A DNA stretch of 64,000 nt from Acidobacteriota bacterium (GTDB lineage Bacteria; Acidobacteriota; CAIWXX01): contig JBFMAF010000054.1 of assembly GCA_040755995.1 (NCBI GenBank), forward strand, positions 1-64,000, written 5' to 3'. Position 1 is the stretch's first letter. Each line of letters begins with the position of its first letter. Below are positions 19,871 to 29,215 of the stretch, piece by piece. The position numbers were made by a program, and so were the translations under genes. The notes beneath the pieces were generated by a model. It saw only the letters and a program-made list of their open reading frames with translations, was not told the DNA's origin and did no database searches.

Positions 19871-21717
19871 AGACTCCCCGTAATCGAGTACAAGATGATC
19901 CCGCCGCTCTGGCCGTCTCCGAGCAGCAAGTACGGCTTGCCCCACGCCGCCAGACTCACGTCGCCTCCCGTGACCAGCGACCCGAAGAGGGTCGGGTGCC
20001 GGCGGTCGGTGAGGTCGAAGGCGCGCAGGCCGGAGTACCGCGACGCGATGTACGCGCGGGCTCCGGAGACGGAAACGGAGGTGTGGTACTGGGGCGGGGA
20101 CAGGTCGATACTTGCGAGGGGCACCACCGTGGCCGCCGACATGATGTCAAACGCGGAAAAAGTCCGGTCACCGGTCGTGAAGAGGAAGTGCGTCTGGGTT
20201 GTCAGGCCGAGCGTGCCGGCTCGGGTCAACTCCTGCCTTAGCACCGGCTGATCCCGTTTCGTGATGTCGATTGTGAAGAGATCGCTGCCGTTTCCGGCAT
20301 AGACCATGGGTCGCCTGACGGCGAGCGCGTCCACCCAGCCGCTCGGTTGGATGCGCGACAGGAGGCGCGGCCTGGCCGGATTGGAGACATCCAATATCTC
20401 GATGCCGGCGTTGCCTCGGGCCACGACAAGTGTTGTCGAGTCGACCAGTGCACAACTGTAGCAACCGCCGGGCGCATACTTGCCGATCTGGTGCGGGCGA
20501 GCGCCGAGGCTCACCACCTGGAGCCCGTTGGGGCCGGAGGCGAGGAAGGCATGAGTCGAGGTCATCGCCGCCCGCAGAATGGGGCCTGGCAGATCGAGTG
20601 CGCCTTGTATCTTGATAGCGCCCGGATCCCTGATATCAAGAACCCGGAGTCCGTTGTGGTAGTCGGCCACGTAGGCTCGAGTGCCCTCGACACGGATCGA
20701 TCGCGGCACCCCAAGCGTCTGGCGGCGGCCCTGGACGGTGATGCTCCGAGGATCGCGGATGTCGAGCCTGAGCGCACCCGAGAACCACGCGGCGCAATAC
20801 AGGCTGCCCCCGCTCGGGCACGCGTCGTATGCGTTGACGCTCAGGCGTCCTGCGACGACAGGCCGCGCGGGGTTCGACACGTCGACGGCCATGATGCCTC
20901 CGCTACGATTGCTCACGAACAGTGTCGCGCCGGCCATGTCGAGGTCCGAGCCGCGGCCGCCGATGTGAATGACGGACACCTCGCGAGGTGAGGCGGGATC
21001 GGAGAGGTCGTAGGCGGCGAGGCCGCCGTCTAGAAACGAACTGTAGAGGTAGCCTCCGTTCACAAGCAACGGGCCGTTCTGACGGACGTTGTCGACGGTG
21101 CGGAGAAGGCGAGGAGACTCGATCGAGAGAATGTCGAAGATGGCGATCCCATTGATTCCATCTGACACGTAGAGATGGCCGGCGTCGGCAGCAACGTCCT
21201 CCACGTAGTAGTCGCTCACAACTGTCCTGACCACGCGAGGCCGCGATGGTTCCTGAACATCCACGAGATACACAGCGGCGTTGGCTGCTACGACGAATAC
21301 GTAGGGCTCCCTCAGGCAGAGGTCGTCGACGTACCCATTCAGCGATCGTGAGCCGAGGACTCTTGGGTGCGTCGGGTCGGCCAGGCTGATAACTACCAAA
21401 CCCGCTCGCCCGCACGCGACATAGAGCTTCGACTCTGTCGCCTTGATCTTCTGTATCGTGTCGGGGAGCGGGAGGCGGGCCAGTTCCTTGCGAGCAAGTG
21501 TGTCGTAGACCAGCAGGTCGGTGTCCTGGTTGTAGTAAAGATACTGCCCCAGCGATTCGACGGCCGATGTGGGGCCTCCGAAATGCCCGAGACGCGTGAA
21601 CGAGAGGTCGTTCCAGCCGGCCATTGAGACCGTGGCCAACGGGAATATCGCGGCGAGGAGGATCACAGAGGATGTCGCCAGCGCAGCCTGTGGTCGGCCA
21701 TGGTCCAGTCTCGTCAT
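19867..21717 (-). CDS. Secreted LVIVD-repeat beta-propeller protein (start could be 21732)
   Basis: Many repeats of YVA..G..GL.V.DI/VS.P..P; signal peptide. Confidence 0.88.
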   Translation of the reverse strand: MTRLDHGRPQAALATSSVILLAAIFPLATVSMAGWNDLSFTRLGHFGGPTSAVESLGQYLYYNQDTDLLVYDTLARKELARLPLPDTIQKIKATESKLYVACGRAGLVVISLADPTHPRVLGSRSLNGYVDDLCLREPYVFVVAANAAVYLVDVQEPSRPRVVRTVVSDYYVEDVAADAGHLYVSDGINGIAIFDILSIESPRLLRTVDNVRQNGPLLVNGGYLYSSFLDGGLAAYDLSDPASPREVSVIHIGGRGSDLDMAGATLFVSNRSGGIMAVDVSNPARPVVAGRLSVNAYDACPSGGSLYCAAWFSGALRLDIRDPRSITVQGRRQTLGVPRSIRVEGTRAYVADYHNGLRVLDIRDPGAIKIQGALDLPGPILRAAMTSTHAFLASGPNGLQVVSLGARPHQIGKYAPGGCYSCALVDSTTLVVARGNAGIEILDVSNPARPRLLSRIQPSGWVDALAVRRPMVYAGNGSDLFTIDITKRDQPVLRQELTRAGTLGLTTQTHFLFTTGDRTFSAFDIMSAATVVPLASIDLSPPQYHTSVSVSGARAYIASRYSGLRAFDLTDRRHPTLFGSLVTGGDVSLAAWGKPYLLLGDGQSGGIILYSITGSL

Positions 21718-21939
21718 CGCACCACCTCGCATCCGATTATATCAGCGACGCCGGAGCGAGTCGGGCCTGGCAGTCGCTATTGGCTGCCCTCGTCTCCCCG
21801 CCGGTGAGCTCGGCAAGCCGGCTTACGCTCGGCACCTCCGAGTATGGCAAACTTGGCAGCATTCAGGAGGTGCTGGAGGTCGCTGTGACCGGGCGCTCGG
21901 TGCTCACGTCCACGATGGCCTGCACCTCGGCGGACGCCG

Positions 21940-22437
21940 TCACTTCCCAGCCTTCCGCCTGATGGCCTCCAGGAAACGTATGTCCGCACCGTCCTTCACG
22001 GCGTCCTGCGGGTTGGTTCGTTGAACCTTCTTCAGCGCCATGAGGTCGTCGATACACGGGATTCTGACCTTAAACGCGCCGGACGGGTCGGATCGGGTTT
22101 CAGCGCGAGCAAGGCAGTCCTTGAACTCCAGGCGCCTCCCCACCGCGTTCGTCACCGCGCCCTGCGAGTGCAGGTCGATCTTCTCCGTACCGCAGTAGAC
22201 GGTCACGAGCGGCTTGTTCCACTTGGATCTGTCCGGCACCTCGAAACCCCGCCGTTCCAGTAAGGCGAGTACGCGCTTCCGGTGCGCCGGCGAAATCCAG
22301 AAGTCGTAGTCCGCCGTCATCAGCGGCGCCCCATGGATGATGACGGCCCAGCGGCCGATCAGCAAGCAAGGAATCCCTCCGGATTCCATCCACTTCAGGA
22401 AGATGCCTAGATCGAATTCAGACTCCGCCTCCATCAC
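21940..22437 (-). CDS. Minimal nucleotidyltransferase (DUF6036-like)
   Basis: LLIGRWAVIIHGAPLMTADYDFWI; C-terminal DDLMALKK..KDGADI. Confidence 0.82.
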   Translation of the reverse strand: MMEAESEFDLGIFLKWMESGGIPCLLIGRWAVIIHGAPLMTADYDFWISPAHRKRVLALLERRGFEVPDRSKWNKPLVTVYCGTEKIDLHSQGAVTNAVGRRLEFKDCLARAETRSDPSGAFKVRIPCIDDLMALKKVQRTNPQDAVKDGADIRFLEAIRRKAGK

Positions 22438-22822
22438 ATCCTCTCAGACTCATCAGGCGGCGGTATTCGCGAAGTCTCTTCCTTGTGACTCGGATCTTCT
22501 CCGTCAGCGGCAGCGGGTAGAATCTCTCGAGTTGATCCCGCTCGTCCGGGGTCAGCCAGTCGCTGCGAGCGCAGTCCTCCAATAGCAGGTCGACAAGGAC
22601 GGTTTCCACTCCCAGGCTCAGCGTCGACCTGGGATAGCGGCTGCGCGCCAGAAGGACCAGCTCGATTGGAGGCCGTCCCGCAGGCGCATCGCGTCTCCAC
22701 CTGACGATGTGTTGAGTGCGCAGATACAGGTGCGGGTTGATCGTCAGACGGATCACTTCTCGACGCACCCTCTTCCGCATCGCGGACGGAACGCGAATGG
22801 ATAGCTGCTTCTTATGTAACAT
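22418..22822 (-). CDS. Putative RHH-type regulator/antitoxin partner of the nucleotidyltransferase
   Basis: N-terminal KKQLSIRVPSAMRKRV strand-helix; overlaps the MNT start; promoter immediately upstream. Confidence 0.6.
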   Translation of the reverse strand: MLHKKQLSIRVPSAMRKRVRREVIRLTINPHLYLRTQHIVRWRRDAPAGRPPIELVLLARSRYPRSTLSLGVETVLVDLLLEDCARSDWLTPDERDQLERFYPLPLTEKIRVTRKRLREYRRLMSLRGCDGGGV

Positions 22823-22860
22823 CTTGCTGTTACATTAGCCGAGCGGGGGATCGCTGTCAA
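22814..22860 (-). promoter_or_regulatory. Sigma70 promoter with overlapping inverted-repeat operator
   Basis: TTGACA(22855-60)-N17-TAATGT(22832-37); ATGTAACA-N6-TGTTACAT at 22814-22835. Confidence 0.72.
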
Positions 22861-22906
22861 GTCGAAGGGTGCTCCGGTGACCGCGCTCGATCCTGTGGCG
22901 CCGCGC

Positions 22907-24457
22907 CTATTCCGCGGCCTGTGCCCGCCCGCTGAGCATCCGCCAGAGGAAGTACACTGGTATCCCGGTGAGCACGATCAGCAGGCCCGGCCACGTGGTC
23001 TGTGTGCGGTACAACAGCAGAGATACGAGGATGACGGTCGCGGCCACACAGTAGAGCAGCGGGACCACGGGGTAGCCGAAGGCACGGTAAGGACGCTCCG
23101 CGTCCGGGCGCCTGCGCCTGAGCACGAACAGGCCAACGATGGTGAGCGCGTAGAAGATGAGCACGGAGAAGATGACGTAGTCCAGCAGGTTGCTGTAGAG
23201 ATTCCCATACACCTCCTGACGGCTCACGGGGTCTACCAGCGGCGCTCCGGCCGCGTCGTAGAGCCTGGTTCTCGGCAGCACGAGCAATGATGCCCACACG
23301 GCCTGCAGTGCGAGTCCGACGGCGGGCACATGTTTGCTATTGAGCCTCCCGGTGGCATTGAAGAAGAGGCCGTCGCGCGCCATCGCGTAGTAGACGCGCG
23401 CCCCTGCGAGGATCAGGCCGTTGTTGCAGCCGAACGTGGAGATCATGATTGCGACGGCCATGATCGCCGCGCCGGCGTCGCCGAACACCACGCCTAGAGC
23501 GGCCGTGGCGACTCTGTCATCGGGGGCGCGCTGGATGTCGGCGACGGGCAGCGTCACCAGGTAGGAGACGTTGGACAGTATGTAGAGCAAGGTCACAAGC
23601 GCCGTTCCGAATGCGAGCGACAGCGGGATGTTGCGCCTGGCGTTCTTCACCTCGCCCGCGGTGAAGGTGATGTTGTTCCAGGCGTCGGCGGAGAAGAGCG
23701 ACCCCACCTGCGCCACGCAGATTGCGATCAGGAGGCCGAGCCATCCCTGCGCGGCCGAAACCGCGGGCACGAATGAGAGGTCCGGAGTGATCGTCGAGAC
23801 ATTCTGCGGGGACCACAGCTCGCGGAAGTTGGCGGCGATGGCCGGGGCATTCCGGCCGATCAGGACTCCCACGATGACCAGCACGGCAAGAGAAAGAGTC
23901 TTGGCCGACGTGAAGATGTTCTGGATGAGCTTGCCGAGCATGAGGCCGCGCGTGTTGACTGCGGTCAGGAAGACGATCAGCAGGATGGCGACGAGCTGCT
24001 GAGTCGAGAGGCTGAGCGCGTACCCTGTCGATATCTTGACCGGTGCGATGATCCAGGCCGCCGGAGAGATGCCCGGAACCAGAAGGCCGAGGAAGCGCGC
24101 GAACGCGACGGCCACGGCGGCGATCGTGCCGGTCTGGATGACGAGGAACAGGGTCCAGCCGTAGAGGAAGCCCCAGAGCGGCGAGTACGACTCGCGGAGG
24201 TACACGTACTGCCCACCGGCTTTGGGCATCATGGCCGCGAGCTCGCCGTACGAGAGCGCGGCGGCAAGCGTCAGGACGCCTGTGACCAGCCACACCACGA
24301 GCAACCATCCGGCTGAACCCACGAGCCGTGCGATGTCGGCCGAGACAATGAATATCCCCGAGCCTATCATCGAGCCGGCGACCATCATCGTGGAGTCACC
24401 CAGCCCCAGCCCGCGAACGAATCCTTCTGCTTCGCTCAGATCAGTCTTCGCACCCAT
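22907..24457 (-). CDS. APC-family amino acid permease
   Basis: GSMIGSGIFIV, SYGELAAMMPKAGGQY, DAWNNITFTAGEVK, RPYRAFGYP. Confidence 0.95.
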   Translation of the reverse strand: MGAKTDLSEAEGFVRGLGLGDSTMMVAGSMIGSGIFIVSADIARLVGSAGWLLVVWLVTGVLTLAAALSYGELAAMMPKAGGQYVYLRESYSPLWGFLYGWTLFLVIQTGTIAAVAVAFARFLGLLVPGISPAAWIIAPVKISTGYALSLSTQQLVAILLIVFLTAVNTRGLMLGKLIQNIFTSAKTLSLAVLVIVGVLIGRNAPAIAANFRELWSPQNVSTITPDLSFVPAVSAAQGWLGLLIAICVAQVGSLFSADAWNNITFTAGEVKNARRNIPLSLAFGTALVTLLYILSNVSYLVTLPVADIQRAPDDRVATAALGVVFGDAGAAIMAVAIMISTFGCNNGLILAGARVYYAMARDGLFFNATGRLNSKHVPAVGLALQAVWASLLVLPRTRLYDAAGAPLVDPVSRQEVYGNLYSNLLDYVIFSVLIFYALTIVGLFVLRRRRPDAERPYRAFGYPVVPLLYCVAATVILVSLLLYRTQTTWPGLLIVLTGIPVYFLWRMLSGRAQAAE

Positions 24458-24708
24458 TGGATCTCCCTGAGATGTAGTATCAAGCACCCTTCGAGCGGCG
24501 GCTGCCTCGTAGCGGCGTACTCGGTAGGTCCGGCCCCATGGGACGCGAGTATATACCCGAGCCGGTGCCTGGAGGAAGGCAGGTACATTCAGCGCACGTG
24601 CGGACGTGTGCGTCATTGGTCCGACCCGTACCCGTTCCCCACCAACCTTGGAGAGGCGGCCGAACTTCCCACCAAGGACGCGCGGCGCCCGGACTTGACT
24701 CGTTCGCG

Positions 24709-24720
24709 TATAATAGCGAC
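24709..24720 (+). promoter_or_regulatory. -10 element of a probable leaderless transcript
   Basis: TATAAT 6 nt before ATG 24721, no SD. Confidence 0.6.
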
Positions 24721-26190
24721 ATGAAGGACACCGCCGATCGGGAGCCCGCTGCTCTTTCCGTGTCCCGAGACCGCTCGATCCGTGCCCTTCTCTCGCTGGT
24801 GGATGCGCTCGCGGTCGGTCGGGACGAGCAGGAGCTGCTGTACATCAGTCTGGAGCGTCTGGTGGAAGCGCTCGAGCTGGATGGAGGCGTCGTGTTCCTT
24901 GTCCAGCCCGAAGGCCGGCCTGTCGCCGCTGCAGATATCGGCGTGGGCACCAGCGGGAAGGCCGCCGCCGAGGCGGTGGCGCAGGATGTCCTGATGAACC
25001 TGCGCCCTGTCATGTCGGTTCGTTCGGAAGGTGATGCGTGGACCGGGACGGCGTTGCTTGCGCCCGACAAGCCTCTGGGTGTCCTGACATTGGTTGACCG
25101 GGGTGCCACTCGCGAGGCGCTGTCAGAGGAGCTCGTCATGGCCCTGGGCAAGCAGATCGGCACGGGCCTGGCGAGCGCTCGTGCCAGTGCAGAGCTGCGT
25201 GCGTCTCTGGTCCGGAGAGAGGTTCTGAGCCGCCTGACAAACGCCCTGACCTCCAGCATGGAAATCAGGAACGTGGTGCCGGCTTTCGCGCAGGAGCTGG
25301 CGACGTTCCTCTCATTCGACCGCATGGCAATGGGATTCCTGAACGACTCGGGGGATTATATCGAGATAACGCCGTACCCCGAGGAGACCGACTGGGGGCT
25401 GGGGCACGTCATACCCGTTGTCGCGAGCGGACTGGGTTCGGTCGTCCTGAATGGGCAGCCGGTGTTGCAGGAGGACCTGGTTCACCGCCACCGCTTCATC
25501 GAGGACATGCGGCTGCTGGAAGACGGCATCCGTTCGTACGTTCTCCTGCCGCTGACTACGCGAGGCAGGGCGATCGGGGCGCTCGCTCTGGGGTCGATCC
25601 GCGAGCGGACGTATGACAGTTCCACGATAGATCTCCTGCAGCCGTTCACCGACTCCGTTTCGCTCGTGCTCGACAACATCCGGCTCTTCCAAAAAACCCG
25701 CGATCTGTCGATCACGGACGAAGTGACTCCGTTGTACAACGTGAGGTTCTTCCACCAGATGCTGGACCGCGAGCTGAGGTTCGTGGATCGCTACGGATCG
25801 TGCCTTTCGCTGGTCTTCATAGACCTCGACCGTTTCAAACCCGTGAATGACCAATACGGGCACCTCCGCGGCAGCCGGGCGCTGCGCGAAGTCGGGTTCT
25901 TGCTGAGAACGGCCGTGCGCGACACGGACTACCCGGCGCGATATGGCGGCGACGAGTTCGTGATCATCCTGCCGCAGACGGACCGAGCCGACGCCGAGTA
26001 TATCGCCCTCAAGCTGAGGTCGATCATCGAGCAGCACACGTTCTTGCAGGAAGAGGGAATCAACGTGAAGCTAGGTGCCTCCTACGGCGTAGCCACGTAT
26101 CCTCACGAGGCTCAAACAAAGGAATCCCTGATACGCCTCGCCGACAGCCGCATGTACGAAGACAAGGAGCGCAGGCAGCCGTCGAGCTAG
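24721..26190 (+). CDS. GAF-domain diguanylate cyclase
   Basis: DLDRFKPVNDQYGH, RDTD I-site, RYGGDEF; N-terminal GAF-like domains. Confidence 0.92.
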   Translation: MKDTADREPAALSVSRDRSIRALLSLVDALAVGRDEQELLYISLERLVEALELDGGVVFLVQPEGRPVAAADIGVGTSGKAAAEAVAQDVLMNLRPVMSVRSEGDAWTGTALLAPDKPLGVLTLVDRGATREALSEELVMALGKQIGTGLASARASAELRASLVRREVLSRLTNALTSSMEIRNVVPAFAQELATFLSFDRMAMGFLNDSGDYIEITPYPEETDWGLGHVIPVVASGLGSVVLNGQPVLQEDLVHRHRFIEDMRLLEDGIRSYVLLPLTTRGRAIGALALGSIRERTYDSSTIDLLQPFTDSVSLVLDNIRLFQKTRDLSITDEVTPLYNVRFFHQMLDRELRFVDRYGSCLSLVFIDLDRFKPVNDQYGHLRGSRALREVGFLLRTAVRDTDYPARYGGDEFVIILPQTDRADAEYIALKLRSIIEQHTFLQEEGINVKLGASYGVATYPHEAQTKESLIRLADSRMYEDKERRQPSS

Positions 26191-26203
26191 CGCGGCAGAT
26201 GAA

Positions 26204-26773
26204 ATGCCCAGACTGCTGCAGTGGGCCCGACCCATCCGGCTTGGGAGGATGACGCACATCCTGAACATCAGGGGCGTCGAGGTCCATGCTCACTGGACGA
26301 TGTTTCTTGTCGGAGCAGTGATGATGTTGGGAGCCGTCGAGCGACCGCTCCTGACGCTGGTCGTCCTGATCTCCTACCTGGGCGTTTTGCTGATCCACGA
26401 GACTGGGCATCTAGTGGCCGCTCGGCGAAGGGGTTCCAAGGTCTTGAGTGTCAGAATCTACCCCATCTACGGGCTCACGCGTTTTGAGACTCCCTGGAGC
26501 CGGATGGATCATTGCGTGATCGCCTGGGGCGGAGTTGTCGCCCAGCTGTTGGTAGCTATTCCTCTCGTGCTATGGGTGGCGATCTTTGGCTACACTCGCT
26601 CTGAGCCGGTGAACGCAATCCTCGCTATCCTCGGATTCTATAGTCTGGGCGTGGTCATCTTCAACCTCCTCCCGGTTCCCCCACTGGACGGTGCAACCGC
26701 GTGGGGGATCATACCGGCCCTGATCGCGCGTGTTAGGATGCGCCCCCGAAAACGAATTGCGTCCAGCCGATGA
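26204..26773 (+). CDS. Site-2 (M50) intramembrane metalloprotease
   Basis: LIHETGH and FNLLPVPPLDG; TM segments. Confidence 0.88.
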   Translation: MPRLLQWARPIRLGRMTHILNIRGVEVHAHWTMFLVGAVMMLGAVERPLLTLVVLISYLGVLLIHETGHLVAARRRGSKVLSVRIYPIYGLTRFETPWSRMDHCVIAWGGVVAQLLVAIPLVLWVAIFGYTRSEPVNAILAILGFYSLGVVIFNLLPVPPLDGATAWGIIPALIARVRMRPRKRIASSR

Positions 26774-26892
26774 CTCGGAGGAGGCGAACGTGGTGCCAAG
26801 CCGCCCCTGCTCTGCGGATGCTTTCCGGAGAGATCGAAGGATCCCGTGAAATAGCCATGCGTGTAGTGCTCGACATACCGAGGAGGGACGAA

Positions 26893-27621
26893 ATGTTGCG
26901 ACTGTGCACGACAACTGTGCTCGTGAGCCTGGCATTGACGGCCGCGCTGCATGCGGCTGAGAACGAACTGCCACAAGTCACTGTCTTCGGCACCGCCACC
27001 ACGCAAGTGACGCCAGACCAGATGGATTGGCACCTCCGCGTGAATAACAAAGGGCCGAAACTGCCCGGCGTTGCCGAGCAGCACACGACGATCGTTCAGC
27101 AAGTGATGACCCTCCTGAAACAGTGCGGCATCAAGGACTCGGACGCGCAGATGTCCCAGATGGAGTTCGGCGAAAACTGGGAGTACAGGGGAGAATCGAG
27201 CGTCCGGGAGGGCTATTTCGCTTCTACCCGGATATCATTCCGAACCAGGGAGATGGCCACCTATCGACCGCTATGGCTCGGACTGGCCGAGATACCGAGT
27301 CTCAGCGTCGAAGGGGTGAATTACGATCATTCCAAGAGAATCGAGTACCGGAATGAGACCAGGCGGAAGGCTCTCTTGGCAGCGAAGGAGAAGGCCGCCG
27401 ACATGGCAAGGACCCTTGGCTCCGAGATCGCTGAACCCTTACGCATCGAGGAAGATCTCTCGGTGAGCGAGGGAGGGTGGCCGGGCAGGAACTACGCCTC
27501 GAACACCATGGCGGTCGAGCCGGGCGAGAGCACCGATCCAGACGCGGTCTTGGTTCCTGGCATGGTCCCGATCCAAGCCCGCGTCAAGGTCAGCTTCCGG
27601 CTGGTCACTCACAGCGACTGA
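26893..27621 (+). CDS. SIMPL (DUF541) periplasmic protein
   Basis: Signal peptide; VTVFGTATTQVTPD, ALLAAKEKAADMA, ARVKVSFRL; AGGAGG RBS. Confidence 0.88.
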   Translation: MLRLCTTTVLVSLALTAALHAAENELPQVTVFGTATTQVTPDQMDWHLRVNNKGPKLPGVAEQHTTIVQQVMTLLKQCGIKDSDAQMSQMEFGENWEYRGESSVREGYFASTRISFRTREMATYRPLWLGLAEIPSLSVEGVNYDHSKRIEYRNETRRKALLAAKEKAADMARTLGSEIAEPLRIEEDLSVSEGGWPGRNYASNTMAVEPGESTDPDAVLVPGMVPIQARVKVSFRLVTHSD

Positions 27622-27667
27622 TCACGGGAAGGCTAGTGATGCCGATCGCCACGCGGGCAGGTGCAGC

Positions 27668-27940
27668 TCATAGGTCGGGTTCGTTCACCACCCCTCCCGC
27701 AAGTCCTGCTCCTAAGAGTCGCTCGCGGCAGTATTGAACCTGCTGCGGTAGGACATAGAAGACGGCCCCGGCGGCAGGAGAACGGAGGAACCCCGGCCAG
27801 CATTTCTCGATCTCGACTACGTAGTCCACACCACCAGCCGACAAGACCCCCTCGGCTTTGAGCGCCTCGGCCAGACTGATGGCCAGGAAAACAGGCGCCA
27901 GCTTGATTCCTTCAAACCGATCCCGTTCCACCTGAGCCAT
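27668..27940 (-). CDS. Small hypothetical protein
   Basis: 90 aa ORF after GAGGGG; LAEALKAEGVLSAGGVDYVVE..AVFYV looks like a compact alpha/beta protein. Confidence 0.6.
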   Translation of the reverse strand: MAQVERDRFEGIKLAPVFLAISLAEALKAEGVLSAGGVDYVVEIEKCWPGFLRSPAAGAVFYVLPQQVQYCRERLLGAGLAGGVVNEPDL

Positions 27941-28191
27941 GGCCCCTCGACGCGGCCTACCGCCACTCGAACACCAGGTCATAAAGTCGGCCGTTGACCC
28001 ACCTGACCTGATTGCAGCCGATCTCCACGCCGACCGCTCCCCTCATAACCGTCCTGGCGATCAGGATACGCGATTCGAACTGCACACACCAGGCCATGCA
28101 TGAACGCCAGAGGACTCTGTTCTCGCCGTTGGCAAGCTTTGATCACGCAGGAGGGAAAAATGTAAGATGAACTTCAAGAGAGAGGTGCCCC

Positions 28192-29133
28192 ATGCCGTTC
28201 CATCGTGCTCGTCTGAGACCAGAGGTTCGAGTTTCCATCGCTGCCGGCCGTTCGAGGGGATTCACCTTGATTCACCTGGCCGCCTTCACGCTGCTGCTCC
28301 TGATCTGGCTCATGCCGGCCGGCAGCGCGTATTACGAGGACATCTCGACGGCGAAGACGAGCGACCACAGCACCTTCCATTATGAAATGACGAGGACACT
28401 GGCTCGCGCGGCGGGTTTCACCGCACAGGACGCCGAGTGGATCGCATGCGTCGATCAGGCCGTGGACGTGGCGGCGTTCAAAGGCGAATTCAGCTGGAGT
28501 CCGTCGGTCTGGATACGGAGCACGGGGCGTCTCGGGCCGGACCACCATTACTACCACTTTCCGCGGCGCCGCTCCATGAACTCCACGAGCGAGTATGCCT
28601 ATCCGGGAAAGCACGATACGTGCGCATACTTCGCCGGCACGGCCGATCCCTGCCCGGCCTGGTCCGAGGTCGACGAGCTCGAGCGCTGGGCCGTCTACGG
28701 CATAGGTCAACCCAGCGCAGGCGTGCCCAGGATCTCAGTCGACAAGAAGCTCTACAAACCGATCGACGGACAGACAACGAGCGCGCTCGCTGTCTATCTG
28801 CACTCCCTCGCGGATTCCTACTCGCACGAAGCCTGCATGAAGAGCACGCATCAGCGCGACCACGCGAGCTCACCCTCAGCGTGCACGCTGGAAGAGTGGC
28901 ATCTCGACAAGGAATATGGGCCGGAGGACAAGAATCCCGGGACTGTCTACACGCGACAGGCGGGACAGGCCACGTGGCTCGCGCTCAGGTGGTACCGAAT
29001 TCAAAACGGATTGAGTGGAAAGCCCTACTGGTCGAACAGCCAGGCGAAAGCCTTCATCGATCAGTGGGCGCGGCTCGACAAGGCGGCAGACCGCCGCAGT
29101 CTCGCGGTGACGAAGTTCAATTCGATGCATTGA
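28192..29133 (+). CDS. Exported DUF6765-like (Zn-dependent PLC/HET-C-like) protein
   Basis: FHYEMTRTLARAAGFTAQDAEWIA..QAVD, YYHF, YLHSLADSYSH; hydrophobic N-terminal segment. Confidence 0.6.
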   Translation: MPFHRARLRPEVRVSIAAGRSRGFTLIHLAAFTLLLLIWLMPAGSAYYEDISTAKTSDHSTFHYEMTRTLARAAGFTAQDAEWIACVDQAVDVAAFKGEFSWSPSVWIRSTGRLGPDHHYYHFPRRRSMNSTSEYAYPGKHDTCAYFAGTADPCPAWSEVDELERWAVYGIGQPSAGVPRISVDKKLYKPIDGQTTSALAVYLHSLADSYSHEACMKSTHQRDHASSPSACTLEEWHLDKEYGPEDKNPGTVYTRQAGQATWLALRWYRIQNGLSGKPYWSNSQAKAFIDQWARLDKAADRRSLAVTKFNSMH

Positions 29134-29215
29134 CAAAACCGTTTCCCGATTGCCAGCTCCTAGGACACTTACAAGCGCTTCATCGCCGATGCCGGCATCA
29201 GCCTCCGGCTACGAG

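Noticed and set aside
22434..22700. Alternative 88-aa ORF as the MNT partner
   Set aside because: Low-complexity translation; the 22418-22822 frame has the promoter, operator and RHH-like start
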